Shown piece after piece: positions 8,289 through 17,360 of a stretch of 56,684 nucleotides of DNA. The position numbers and the translations under genes were made by a program. Source of the DNA: a virus (taxonomy: Duplodnaviria; Caudoviricetes). The stretch is taken from positions 1 to 56,684 of the IMG/VR virus record IMGVR_UViG_3300022876_000172, one strand, 5' to 3'. The notes under the pieces were generated by a model. The model worked only from the letters and a program-made list of their open reading frames with translations, had not been told where the DNA came from and made no database searches. Position 1 is the stretch's first letter. Each line of letters begins with the position of its first letter.

Positions 8289-9325
8289 TGGGGGACCTTG
8301 AGCGAGACGTTGGAAATGATGCGGCGGATGCCGAGTTTGCGGATGGCGGGCAGCTGGCTCTGCCGGTCGACGGTGTACACGCCCCAGTCCACGCCCTTGG
8401 AAAAGGCGTAAGCGACGGCCTCGGGGATGGCCAGCGTGGCGTCGTAGTCCCAAATCAACACCAGTTTGCCCAGGTCAACCATCTGGTCGATGTAGCCTTT
8501 CACCTCGTCGACGTTGGTGGACACGCCGAGCAGGCCCAGCTCCATGTTGGGGTTGAGTGCGCGGGTCTGCCGCAGAATGTTCATGTTGAACGAGGACATG
8601 CAGCAGGCACTGTCCATCTGCGCGTACACGATCATGGCCACCATGCCCACCAGGTCGGCGGTGTTACGGTAACGCTTGAACTCCGGGTAGATGAACGTGC
8701 CGGCCGTGCGGGCAATCTCCAGGTACTCGGAGAAGCGCGACAACCGCACGGGCGCGAAGCGGGTGCCCTGCCCGTCCTTCATTTCCAGGCTGTCGAGGTA
8801 GGCCGACGTCAGTGTGGTAAACGTGCCGGTGCCCGTGGTCAGGTTGTCCACGGTGGTGTCGTGGAACAGGTAGTACTCACCGTCGGCGCTGACCGCCACG
8901 TCACACTCCAGCGCGTCGGCGCCGCTGCTCAGCGCTGACGAGAAGGCCAACGCGGTATTCTGCGGGGCCTGAGTCATGAAGCCACGGTGCGCGACCAGCT
9001 CCATGGGCCGGCTATTCTTCTGCTGCATTGAATGCATGTTGAGGGTCTGCAGCAGCTTGATATCACCCTGAACGCCCAAGCCGGATTCGCTGCCGACTTC
9101 ACCGGCGCCGGTGGGTGCCTTCAAGTCTCCGCGCAAGGCGGCAGTGCCCTCGGCCGACAGCCGCGCCTGCTTGGCCAGACTCGGTACCGGGCCGCTTTCG
9201 GTGGCCACGTCGGTCTGGTCGTTGCCGTGCACGTAGGTGTGTTGCTTGAGCGACGCCGCCCTGGAGCGGGAAGCGGCTTCGGCCATCTGGCCGGCATAGG
9301 CTTCCAGCGCTGAAACATCGGTCAT
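8285..9325 (-). CDS. Glycerophosphodiester phosphodiesterase with tailspike-like N-terminus
   Basis: VAHRG, PQNT, LECDV, HD..VD, YPEFK, SSFN, VYTVD GDPD motifs; N-terminal DVATESGPVPSLAKQ typical of phage spike anchors. Confidence 0.88.
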   Translation of the reverse strand: MTDVSALEAYAGQMAEAASRSRAASLKQHTYVHGNDQTDVATESGPVPSLAKQARLSAEGTAALRGDLKAPTGAGEVGSESGLGVQGDIKLLQTLNMHSMQQKNSRPMELVAHRGFMTQAPQNTALAFSSALSSGADALECDVAVSADGEYYLFHDTTVDNLTTGTGTFTTLTSAYLDSLEMKDGQGTRFAPVRLSRFSEYLEIARTAGTFIYPEFKRYRNTADLVGMVAMIVYAQMDSACCMSSFNMNILRQTRALNPNMELGLLGVSTNVDEVKGYIDQMVDLGKLVLIWDYDATLAIPEAVAYAFSKGVDWGVYTVDRQSQLPAIRKLGIRRIISNVSLKVPQ

Positions 9326-9342
9326 ATTTTTCTCCAGGCAAT

Positions 9343-9368
9343 AAAAAACCCGCCTCAGCGGGTTGTTT
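9343..9368 (-). terminator. Intrinsic terminator-like hairpin between fibre and GDPD genes
   Basis: AACCCGC-TGAG-GCGGGTTTTTT on the minus strand. Confidence 0.55.
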
Positions 9369-9380
9369 GCCGAACCGGCT

Positions 9381-10289
9381 CTACGCGGTTCGTTTCCACA
9401 TGTACACGGTCAGGTAAGGCGGCAAGTTGTTGTGCGCCTGGCCGCCGCCGGCATCGCCGGTGTTGGGTATGTCGTTCGGCTTGGTCGCACGCGTGCCGTC
9501 ATCACCCGAGGCGTATACCGGGCCGGTGGTGCCGGACGGAACGTCCGAGCCCTGCGGCATGGCATGGGCGTGGACCGGCATTTCGGCGCTGCTCAGTACA
9601 TGGCTGTACTCGCCGCCCGAACCACCAACCGAGAAGGCCCGCACATCGCCCCGGGCGTCGGTGCCGGTGCCTGCACCTATCAGCATGCGGCCGGGCGCCA
9701 AGGCCAACCAAGTACCGAAGCCGAACAGCATGGCGGGACTGGTGGCCACGCTCGCGTTCAGGTAGACCGACCCCACCGGATACACCACGTCCAGCATCGT
9801 CGGCTTGTTGCCGGTGTGGTACGGCTCGTTGCCCCCGTCAAAGGTCATGCGGCCATTGCCGGTGAAGCGGGCCACCTCGCGGCGGTCGACCAGCAGCACC
9901 ACATCTGAGCCGTTCTCAGCGGTGCCGCCCGTGGCAAACAGACCGGTATCGCCATCATCGTCAAAGGCATAGCCGACCTCGCTGGCATTATCGCCTGGCA
10001 ATCCCTTGGCCGTGCGCACGCCTTTGGTGGCCTTGAGCAACCCCGCCAGGGTGCCGCCCGACAGCGGCAGGTAGTCGCCTACCATCTTCTGGATTGCCTG
10101 CTTGAGCTGGTCGGTTTTGGTCTTGTCTAGGGCGATGCCGGCGCCGAGCACCACGCCGGCGATTTCCTCCTGCACCATGTTCAGCCACTCCGCCTTGAGC
10201 GGCGTGGGTGCTGCCCCAGCGGCTAAGCTGCCGTAACGGAACCCGCCGGCCGCCGACACCAGGTCTGTCCAACTTGAAATCCTGTGCAT
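9381..10289 (-). CDS. Tail fibre/baseplate protein with collar-type C-terminus
   Basis: AEWLNMVQEEI N-terminal fibre motif; YPVGSVY...HNNLPPYLTVYMWKRTA C-terminus. Confidence 0.85.
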   Translation of the reverse strand: MHRISSWTDLVSAAGGFRYGSLAAGAAPTPLKAEWLNMVQEEIAGVVLGAGIALDKTKTDQLKQAIQKMVGDYLPLSGGTLAGLLKATKGVRTAKGLPGDNASEVGYAFDDDGDTGLFATGGTAENGSDVVLLVDRREVARFTGNGRMTFDGGNEPYHTGNKPTMLDVVYPVGSVYLNASVATSPAMLFGFGTWLALAPGRMLIGAGTGTDARGDVRAFSVGGSGGEYSHVLSSAEMPVHAHAMPQGSDVPSGTTGPVYASGDDGTRATKPNDIPNTGDAGGGQAHNNLPPYLTVYMWKRTA

Positions 10290-10290
10290 G

Positions 10291-10947
10291 CTACATCCCC
10301 TCGAACCCAGCCACGGCGGCCGGTAACGCGTAATGAATGGCGTGGAAAAGCTCATCGACCTGGGCGGTAATCGCCTTGACCTGGGCGTGCCCGTAGCCAA
10401 TCACCACGTCGGTGTACTCGGGCGCCTCCAGCTGCAGCCGGCAGTCCAGGGAAGCCGCCTTGGCGGTGCCATAGGCCGCGAGCGGCGCCGACGCGACCCA
10501 CGACCACGGCCAGCCGTCGCCGTAGAGGAAATCGCCCGTGGCCGCCACCCCGACCCGGGCCGGGCGATACTCTTCGATTTCGATGGTCAAGCCGAGTCGG
10601 GTGGCCAAGCGCCGGTAATAGCTCAACTGCGGCGCGCCGCTCGCGGTCAGCTTGTCGATGACCGTTTGCCGGCGCTCTTCCAGGGTCTGCGACCCCGACA
10701 CCGTGCAAGCATCGGGAAGGCCCAAGTAGGCCTCCCAGTCCGGCAGCAGCACGGTGGCGGTGGCCGGGTTGAATTCCAGCAGCAGGGCTTCGGCATCGGC
10801 GTCGACCCGGGCCAGCTCGGGGGCCAGCGCGGCCAGCAGCTGCGCCCAGTCCGGCTGCTGCTCCAGGTCGAACGCCGGGCCGGGGGGCAGCAGTTGCTGC
10901 AGCGTCTGCAGGTAGTCCGCTTCGCGTGCGACCGTCATGGCGGTCAC
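10291..10947 (-). CDS. Baseplate wedge protein, Mu gp48/YmfQ (DUF2313)-like
   Basis: LQQLLPPGPAF, LLPDWEAYLGLPD, TLEERRQ motifs. Confidence 0.88.
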   Translation of the reverse strand: MTAMTVAREADYLQTLQQLLPPGPAFDLEQQPDWAQLLAALAPELARVDADAEALLLEFNPATATVLLPDWEAYLGLPDACTVSGSQTLEERRQTVIDKLTASGAPQLSYYRRLATRLGLTIEIEEYRPARVGVAATGDFLYGDGWPWSWVASAPLAAYGTAKAASLDCRLQLEAPEYTDVVIGYGHAQVKAITAQVDELFHAIHYALPAAVAGFEGM

Positions 10948-11355
10948 ACCGTGCCGTCTAGCACTTCCGCTGGGTCAGTCTCCGGCTGCGGCGTTTCGAC
11001 CGGCGCCTGTTCCAACTCAGCCACGCGGGCCTGCAGTGCCTGGTTGGCTTCCAGCGCTTGCTGCAGCTCGGCGCTGGTGGCCTGTTGTTGTTGCTCCAGC
11101 TCGATCACGCGGGCCTGCAGCACTTGATTGACCGCCAACGTATCAAGGGCTGCCGATTCGACGTATTGGCCCAGCAGTGCAAGCGCCTCGGCATTGCCGG
11201 CGACCAAAGGCGTTGGTAACCCTTCCTTGGCGCCGAAGACTTCACCGTCACGGCGGAAGCGGGTAATAGTCATGTAATGGGCGCCATAGCTGCCGTCCTC
11301 TTGGACGCGCACGACGATTTCGTACAGGGAAGTTTGTTCGCTGAATTCAGCCATA
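10944..11355 (-). CDS. Hypothetical coiled-coil protein (possible fibre chaperone)
   Basis: Directly follows the 965-aa fibre; C-terminal Q/E-rich coiled coil. Confidence 0.7.
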
Positions 11356-11356
11356 G

Positions 11357-14254
11357 TTAGCTCACTACTGTATCGGTGTTGAGAATTTTCCAAGCCGTCG
11401 TGTGCGACTTGCAGGTTTTGGTGCCACCGGGGGCGTCTGTCACTTCGATCAGATAGCCAGGATAGAGCGCGGGATCAGGCATCGTTGCGGTGGTGTACTG
11501 GCCGATGCGCAAAGCCCCGCTCAGGCGCGCAGGCCCCGAAACGGTCAGCTTGTCCGAGCCGCTTTGTGTGGTGGTGCCGATCCGCAGATCGCCGTTCATG
11601 TAGTTCGGCGCGTTGCCGGCGGCGTACACGTTCCAACGCTCATAGCCGGACTGCAGGGTTTGGTTTAGGCGCGCAGCACAGGCCATGGTGACGGCCGTGC
11701 TGGTCACCGAGTCCATGCGGAACCCGTCGTGCTCCGTTACCGTCACATTGGCCCCCAGCCCGGGCGCGATTGACGTGAAGTTCGCCGTCAGTGCGACAAC
11801 GGCGGGCGCTGCCTGGGCGGCCAAGTTCACCACTCCACCATAGGCGCTACAGAACGACACGACCCCGTAAGTACCCGCCGAGAACATGCCATACTGACTA
11901 CCTGCGGCGGGCAACGCAGTCGGGGTGCCGCGCAGGTTGACCAAGAAGCGGTCCACCGGGGCGGCGCCGACGCCCAGGCTGCCCCCAAGCGTGAGGTTAT
12001 CCAGCGGCATCTGCGCTACCGGCACTTTGCCCATGGCATCCAGCGCGGCGACGCCATTAGCCGCGCCGCGCTGGGTGCTGGCCAGCTTGCCGTCCAAAGC
12101 TCCCTGCAGGCCACTTACCGTGCTGATCGCTTGAGACCCGGTGTGCGTGGCCCGGTCGCGCAACTGCGCGTCGGGGGCGTTGATCAGCTCCCACGCCGTG
12201 CCGGTAGAACGATAGGAGCGAATCCCGGTATACCCGTCATCCGCATCAAGGATGTAGTTCGGGGTCAGGCTGGGGTCCGGCAGTGTGTCCACCGTGTACT
12301 GGCCCAAACGCATGGGGCCGAACAGCGTCAGCTTGGTGATGAACGCCTCTCGCCAGCGCTTGAGCAAGGCGCCCAGGTCAAAGCCGTTGTCTTCGCCCGG
12401 GTTGAGCCCGTTGGTGAAAATCTCGGCCACCTTCAAGCCCACTTTGGACGTGGCATTGAGCGCGGCGTAGAACCAGATGCGGGTCGCGGCGGTGAACGCC
12501 GTGCTACCCCCGCCGACGATTACCAGGTTGGCCTCCTGTGTGCTGGTCTGCTGCAGCACCAGGATATCGGCCTGGCTGCTGTCGCGGTGCGGCGTCAGGA
12601 TACGGCCGAACACATCGCCATTCGCCACAAAGCCATTGCGCAGGTAAGCGCTGCGGGTGCCCAGCAGCTCGGTGGAGTTGACCTTAAGGTTCACCCAGTA
12701 CGGCGCGAATTCTTTGGCCGACGTCCACACCACCACCAGAAAGGCTTCGTTGTTCTGGTTGAACACCTCGACCCGACTTGACGTTGGGAACTCAATCACC
12801 CCCATCGGCGCGATGCTGACCGCCGACGAGTACCAGGTGAACCGTGGCATCTGCAGGTCGGCCATGTAACGCAGGATTTGCTGCAGGGTGGAAAACACCG
12901 CCCCGGTGAACGGGTCGTACATCCGCCCGTCAGGGCCGCGCGGGAAGATGCCCGTCAGTGCCCGGTCCATGCTGAACGGCGTGTAGGGTTCGCTAATGTC
13001 GGCATAGCTGGCACCCTGCGGGTCGTACTCGGTGACCAGCAAAATGCCGCCAGTGTCCGCGCCGGGGCTGCTCGGGCGCGCCGTCAGCAAAAGGTGGCTG
13101 ATAGTGCCGTCCGGCCGCAGGCTCAGGCCTTCCGATTCCATTCGCACACAGTAATGACCCTCGGCCGCCAGTCGGTCGACCAGCTGATCAGCGCGTACCG
13201 TGCCGTACTCCAGCAGTGAGCCATCCAGCCCACAGGCGGCCACCCCCACGGCAGCCACCGGCATGGACACCGGCCCGTCTGTTTCAGGGATGTAGGAGCC
13301 ACCCAGGCCGAATATCACGCGGCCGCCCTGCAGCACCACGCCCTGAGATTTCGGCACGTAGTTGTAATGGGCGTTGGTCGGCAGCTGCCAGCCGACAATG
13401 TTCTTGGCAACGTAGAATTCACTGCAACGAACAAAGTTCTTGTCGTACACCAGCCAGCGGGTGCGGGAACCTTCCGTGCCCATGTCGACCTGCAGCTGCT
13501 CGATGATCCAGCGGCCACGGTCATAGGCGTACTGCAGGCCAACCCCGGTAAGGCCGGTGCTGACCCCCGCCACGGTGGCGCCGTTGGTGGGCAGCACGCT
13601 GATGTCGTAGGCATGCAGCCCATCCGTGCCGGCCTTGTTGTACAGCCGGCGAACGCCGTTTTCGGCAATGATCACCAGGCTTTCACCGCCTGGGGCGATC
13701 AGAAACCAACCACCGTACGCGCCGTTGGCCTCGTACCAGGCAATGACCGCTCGGCTGCCGTTGGCATACTTGATGTAGATCCGGCCTTGTTCGTCGTAGC
13801 AATGGCCTTGAGGGTAGATATTGCCCTGGCTGGGACTGCCAACCGACTGGAACGCCGACACGTAGTCGGGGAACAGCTGCGGCAACGCCAAGAACACCGA
13901 TTTGCGAAACACCGCGTCGCGGGTGCGGCCCAGCACATCCACCGCCTGTTGGGCCTTGGTCATGTCCTCCGCGCTGGCCTTGGCATCCAGGGCTTGCCGC
14001 TGCGCGGTGCTGACCGGCTTTTCCGCGTCCGAGGTGTTGTCGATCTTGGAAAGGCCCAGCGAGCCCTTGATCTGGCTTTCAGATTGAGCGCCGAGCAGCG
14101 ACCGGATAGGTGTGCTCCAGGCCGAAATGATCGCTTGGCGCATCCCTCGCAAGGTCTGCTTCTTGGTGCCTGCGCCCTGTACCGTCGGATACAGGTCATC
14201 CTCCGAACTTTCATTGGCAGGGTCCAATGCGGAGATCGGCTTGTAGTTTTCCAT
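11357..14254 (-). CDS. Large tail fibre/receptor-binding protein
   Basis: GLSKIDNTSDAEKPVSTAQ and HTGSQAISTVSGLQGALDGK fibre repeats, GVAALDAMGKVP motif, central beta-rich domain. Confidence 0.85.
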   Translation of the reverse strand: MENYKPISALDPANESSEDDLYPTVQGAGTKKQTLRGMRQAIISAWSTPIRSLLGAQSESQIKGSLGLSKIDNTSDAEKPVSTAQRQALDAKASAEDMTKAQQAVDVLGRTRDAVFRKSVFLALPQLFPDYVSAFQSVGSPSQGNIYPQGHCYDEQGRIYIKYANGSRAVIAWYEANGAYGGWFLIAPGGESLVIIAENGVRRLYNKAGTDGLHAYDISVLPTNGATVAGVSTGLTGVGLQYAYDRGRWIIEQLQVDMGTEGSRTRWLVYDKNFVRCSEFYVAKNIVGWQLPTNAHYNYVPKSQGVVLQGGRVIFGLGGSYIPETDGPVSMPVAAVGVAACGLDGSLLEYGTVRADQLVDRLAAEGHYCVRMESEGLSLRPDGTISHLLLTARPSSPGADTGGILLVTEYDPQGASYADISEPYTPFSMDRALTGIFPRGPDGRMYDPFTGAVFSTLQQILRYMADLQMPRFTWYSSAVSIAPMGVIEFPTSSRVEVFNQNNEAFLVVVWTSAKEFAPYWVNLKVNSTELLGTRSAYLRNGFVANGDVFGRILTPHRDSSQADILVLQQTSTQEANLVIVGGGSTAFTAATRIWFYAALNATSKVGLKVAEIFTNGLNPGEDNGFDLGALLKRWREAFITKLTLFGPMRLGQYTVDTLPDPSLTPNYILDADDGYTGIRSYRSTGTAWELINAPDAQLRDRATHTGSQAISTVSGLQGALDGKLASTQRGAANGVAALDAMGKVPVAQMPLDNLTLGGSLGVGAAPVDRFLVNLRGTPTALPAAGSQYGMFSAGTYGVVSFCSAYGGVVNLAAQAAPAVVALTANFTSIAPGLGANVTVTEHDGFRMDSVTSTAVTMACAARLNQTLQSGYERWNVYAAGNAPNYMNGDLRIGTTTQSGSDKLTVSGPARLSGALRIGQYTTATMPDPALYPGYLIEVTDAPGGTKTCKSHTTAWKILNTDTVVS

Positions 14255-14256
14255 GG

Positions 14257-15366
14257 TTACTCCGTGAGCAGAGCGAAGCCGTCTTCGGTCGCAAGTTGTT
14301 TGCCGTCTTCCAGCAGAAGGGTGTTAAGCCAGCTCATCGTCCCCAGCACCCCGACTTCATTGGCCGCCAACATCACATCGCTGGCCGGCTGGCTCATCAC
14401 GTAGTCTTCTTCGGCGGGGGTGTTGCTGATGGCCGCGCGGATGTGGGAAATCCGCAGCACCTGCCCGGGGCCGCCCTCTTCCAGAATCAGGTCAGCCAGC
14501 GCCGCGCTGACCGATTCGCGCAGGGCGGTGCTGTCCGGCACCAGACGCATGTTGAAGTTGATCGGGCGACGGGCCGGCGCCAGTGCGTACACCTCGGCCG
14601 TGACAGGGCGCTTCTTCTCAAGATGCGCCTGCATTTCATCCACCTGGGCTTGCGTGGGGATGAAGTCGGGATCGCCGTCACGCACGAAGGCCAGGCCAAA
14701 GGTGCCCGGCCCCATCCAGCGGGGCAGCGCCCAGGCCCGGGTAACACCTGGAATCTCCAAGGCCCATTCCACAAAGTCGTCACCGTTGCCGACCTTGCTG
14801 GGGTTCTTGAAGGCCGCTTGGACCCGCGCGCGCAGCGGCTCGGTTTCTTCCTGATCGGTACCGCCGACAATGCCGCCGTTACTGATAACGGCCGTCGAGT
14901 TGACCCCCAGCACCGGCCGGGTGGCCGTGAGGCTGCCGGCCTCGATGTTGCCCGAGGCCCCAACAGCCTCTGCTGCCAGCTTGAGGGTGGCGGACCCGCC
15001 GACGATCACGGCGGTTTCAGTCACCGCATACCGGCGCCCATCGCTGGACTGGTACACCACCCCGACGTCCACCAGCGCGCCGTTGGAGCCGGTGACCACC
15101 GCGCTGCCTTTGGCGGCCGTGGCATCGTTGGGGCCGCCTTCCAGACGCCACTGCGCCCAGCGCCGCAGCATCTCATCGCCACAGGTGGCCGGGCTCGACT
15201 GCAGGGCAATCCAGCGCAGGTACCCATACAGCTCAAACGCCGTACCACTCAGCGCACGGGCCGCCACCTTGGCATCAGACCGGCGCAGGGCATCCGGGGC
15301 GTTACGCTCAAAATCGGCTTCGGTGCGGGCGATCAGCGCGGGTAACGTGGGGATTTCATACGGCAT
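14257..15366 (-). CDS. Baseplate J / Mu gp47-like protein
   Basis: PTLPALIAR, GGTDQEETEPLRAR, WALEIPGVTRAW motifs; position after gp46. Confidence 0.92.
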   Translation of the reverse strand: MPYEIPTLPALIARTEADFERNAPDALRRSDAKVAARALSGTAFELYGYLRWIALQSSPATCGDEMLRRWAQWRLEGGPNDATAAKGSAVVTGSNGALVDVGVVYQSSDGRRYAVTETAVIVGGSATLKLAAEAVGASGNIEAGSLTATRPVLGVNSTAVISNGGIVGGTDQEETEPLRARVQAAFKNPSKVGNGDDFVEWALEIPGVTRAWALPRWMGPGTFGLAFVRDGDPDFIPTQAQVDEMQAHLEKKRPVTAEVYALAPARRPINFNMRLVPDSTALRESVSAALADLILEEGGPGQVLRISHIRAAISNTPAEEDYVMSQPASDVMLAANEVGVLGTMSWLNTLLLEDGKQLATEDGFALLTE

Positions 15367-15742
15367 TGATCAAGCTCCAAGTGTCCTCAAAAGCCAGCTT
15401 CAAGGTTTCGCCGTTGGCCTCGGTCAGCACCACCTGCAGGTTGACCCGCTCGATGCCTTGCCGCTCGACCGTGACCGTAACGGCCGTCACGATTCCATCG
15501 TCGGTCATCCAGCGCAGCGCTTCTTCGGCGTAGTCGCGGGCGTCCTTGAGGGTGTCCGGGGTAATGGTGCGGCGGCGCAACAGCCACAGCCGGGATCCGA
15601 TCTGATCGCCCACCACCGTAGGCGCGCAGTCGCCCCACCAGCCCTGCAGGTCAGCGTCATCCACGGGGTCGTCTGCAGCGGCCCGACGCCAGGTGAATAG
15701 GCTGATGGTCACCGAGCGCCGCAGCAGGTCTTCGCGCGTCAT
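15356..15742 (-). CDS. Mu gp46-like baseplate protein
   Basis: ISLFTWRRA, GWWGD, GSRLWLL, YAEEAL.WM..DG motifs. Confidence 0.92.
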   Translation of the reverse strand: MTREDLLRRSVTISLFTWRRAAADDPVDDADLQGWWGDCAPTVVGDQIGSRLWLLRRRTITPDTLKDARDYAEEALRWMTDDGIVTAVTVTVERQGIERVNLQVVLTEANGETLKLAFEDTWSLINAV

Positions 15743-16251
15743 GGCGCACCCCCTACCGGCTTATTGGTGCTGCCTTGGCCGTTGAGCACGTTGTCATGGA
15801 CGTGCTCAATCTGGCTGATGCCGCCGGCCACCTGATCCCCGGCCGACTCGATGCGGCCGGTAGTACGGATGACCGGCGTGTCAAAATCGACCGACTCGCC
15901 GGCCTTGACCTTGAGCGTCATGGTGTCGACCTCGATCACGCGGCCGCGCCTGAACACCAGGCTGTCACCTTGGTCGGTGTACAACGCCACTTCGCCGGGT
16001 TGCAGGCCCTGCAGGCGAAAGCGCCGGTCTGACACCATGATCACCACGCCGTGACTGCGATCACTGATGAAGCCCACCAGGGCTTCGGCTCCAGGCAAGG
16101 GGCAGGAAGTTAGGCCGTAGGGTTCCAAGTGCTCGACGTCGTCTTTCACCTCGCCGGCCGTGATGCGCAGCTGCAGGGCCTGCAGCTTGCGCGCCGAGTT
16201 GGCCAGCACGACCACGCCGCGAGCCAGCACGCTCGCTAAGGGGTTTCTCAT
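15739..16251 (-). CDS. Baseplate spike, Mu gp45/gpV-like
   Basis: EHLEPYGLTSCP, GEVALYTDQG, C-terminal HVH. Confidence 0.9.
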   Translation of the reverse strand: MRNPLASVLARGVVVLANSARKLQALQLRITAGEVKDDVEHLEPYGLTSCPLPGAEALVGFISDRSHGVVIMVSDRRFRLQGLQPGEVALYTDQGDSLVFRRGRVIEVDTMTLKVKAGESVDFDTPVIRTTGRIESAGDQVAGGISQIEHVHDNVLNGQGSTNKPVGGAP

Positions 16252-17357
16252 GGCTTGTAGTCCGCCGGAATGAGGTATTCAAAGTTGTCGGTTTTCTTGC
16301 CCTTCTTGAGCTTGCGGCTCTCGTAGGCATCGTTCGGCTCAGGCAGGAAGCCATCAGGCGGGGCCACGGTCATTTTCGTGAGGGTGCCCGACTCGCCCAG
16401 CTCGTAACTGATTTCGCTGATGAGCATGTCGCGCTCCAGTCCAATCATCGGGTCGATCACCCGCACAATCATGTTGTGCCGCCACAGCTCGCCGGTGCTC
16501 TGCCGCCAACCCTGCACGGTGTAGTTGAGCGTCATGGCCTTGCTCAGGGCGTTGGCCCGCTCCCACTGCACGCGGTCGCGAGCCATCTTGTCGGTCAGCT
16601 GCCCCGACTGGCTGATCACCTTCACCCGCCGGCGGGTCACCCGGTCATCGTCTAACCGCGCCTCGACCTCAGAGGCCGCCACCCCGAACGAGTCGTCGGT
16701 ACCGCTGCGCTGGCCGCGACTGATGTACTCGGAAAACACGTTGGAGAAGTCCAGGGCGGTGTCACCAGTGAGAATGTTCTTGCCCAGTTCCAACGCGTCG
16801 ACCGCAAGGCCGGCGGTGCCCGGGGAGGCAATTACCAGCCGGCCCCGGCCATCGTCCGTGCTGAACAGTCGGGAGAGCGTCAGCAAGCGGTCGATACTCT
16901 CGAACGCGGTTTCGCCGGGCTCGATGGTGTGATCATCCAGGCCCAGCGTGACCGTGGCCTCGTTGATAACCTTGATGCCGTATTCACCGGCCAAGGCTTC
17001 CACGATTTTCTGCACGCTCTGCCCGCGCCACTGGCCCGGCGAGTTGATCGCCGCGCAGTCCACCAGGTCGGCGGTTTTCGAGCGCCCGGCAATGCTCAGG
17101 GTGATGGTGGCCGCGTCATAGCTAATCGGCGTGCTGAACACATAGCCTGTCAGCAGCAGGTCCTGGCCAATGCGTACCTCGACCTCTTCACCCTGGCGGA
17201 TGCGCACCGGCTCATCGTTACCGCCGGGCCACTTCCAGGTGACCGACACCGTGAAGTCACGCGCTTGGCGCTCCAGCCCGGCACTGATGCTGACGTCTTT
17301 CCAACCGGCGTAGTCGTGCCCGCCAACGCTCAGGGTGACGGTGTTATCTGGCTCCAT
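16248..17357 (-). CDS. Baseplate hub, Mu gpP/gp44-like
   Basis: GRSKTADLVDC, IEPGETAFE, GWRQ..G.LW motifs. Confidence 0.9.
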   Translation of the reverse strand: MEPDNTVTLSVGGHDYAGWKDVSISAGLERQARDFTVSVTWKWPGGNDEPVRIRQGEEVEVRIGQDLLLTGYVFSTPISYDAATITLSIAGRSKTADLVDCAAINSPGQWRGQSVQKIVEALAGEYGIKVINEATVTLGLDDHTIEPGETAFESIDRLLTLSRLFSTDDGRGRLVIASPGTAGLAVDALELGKNILTGDTALDFSNVFSEYISRGQRSGTDDSFGVAASEVEARLDDDRVTRRRVKVISQSGQLTDKMARDRVQWERANALSKAMTLNYTVQGWRQSTGELWRHNMIVRVIDPMIGLERDMLISEISYELGESGTLTKMTVAPPDGFLPEPNDAYESRKLKKGKKTDNFEYLIPADYKP

Positions 17358-17360
17358 GGC

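Noticed and set aside
9381-14254. Diversity-generating retroelement or invertible tail-fibre switch
   Set aside because: No reverse transcriptase or serine invertase seen; the internal fibre repeat is diverged at protein level, not a TR/VR pair, and all fibre genes share one orientation
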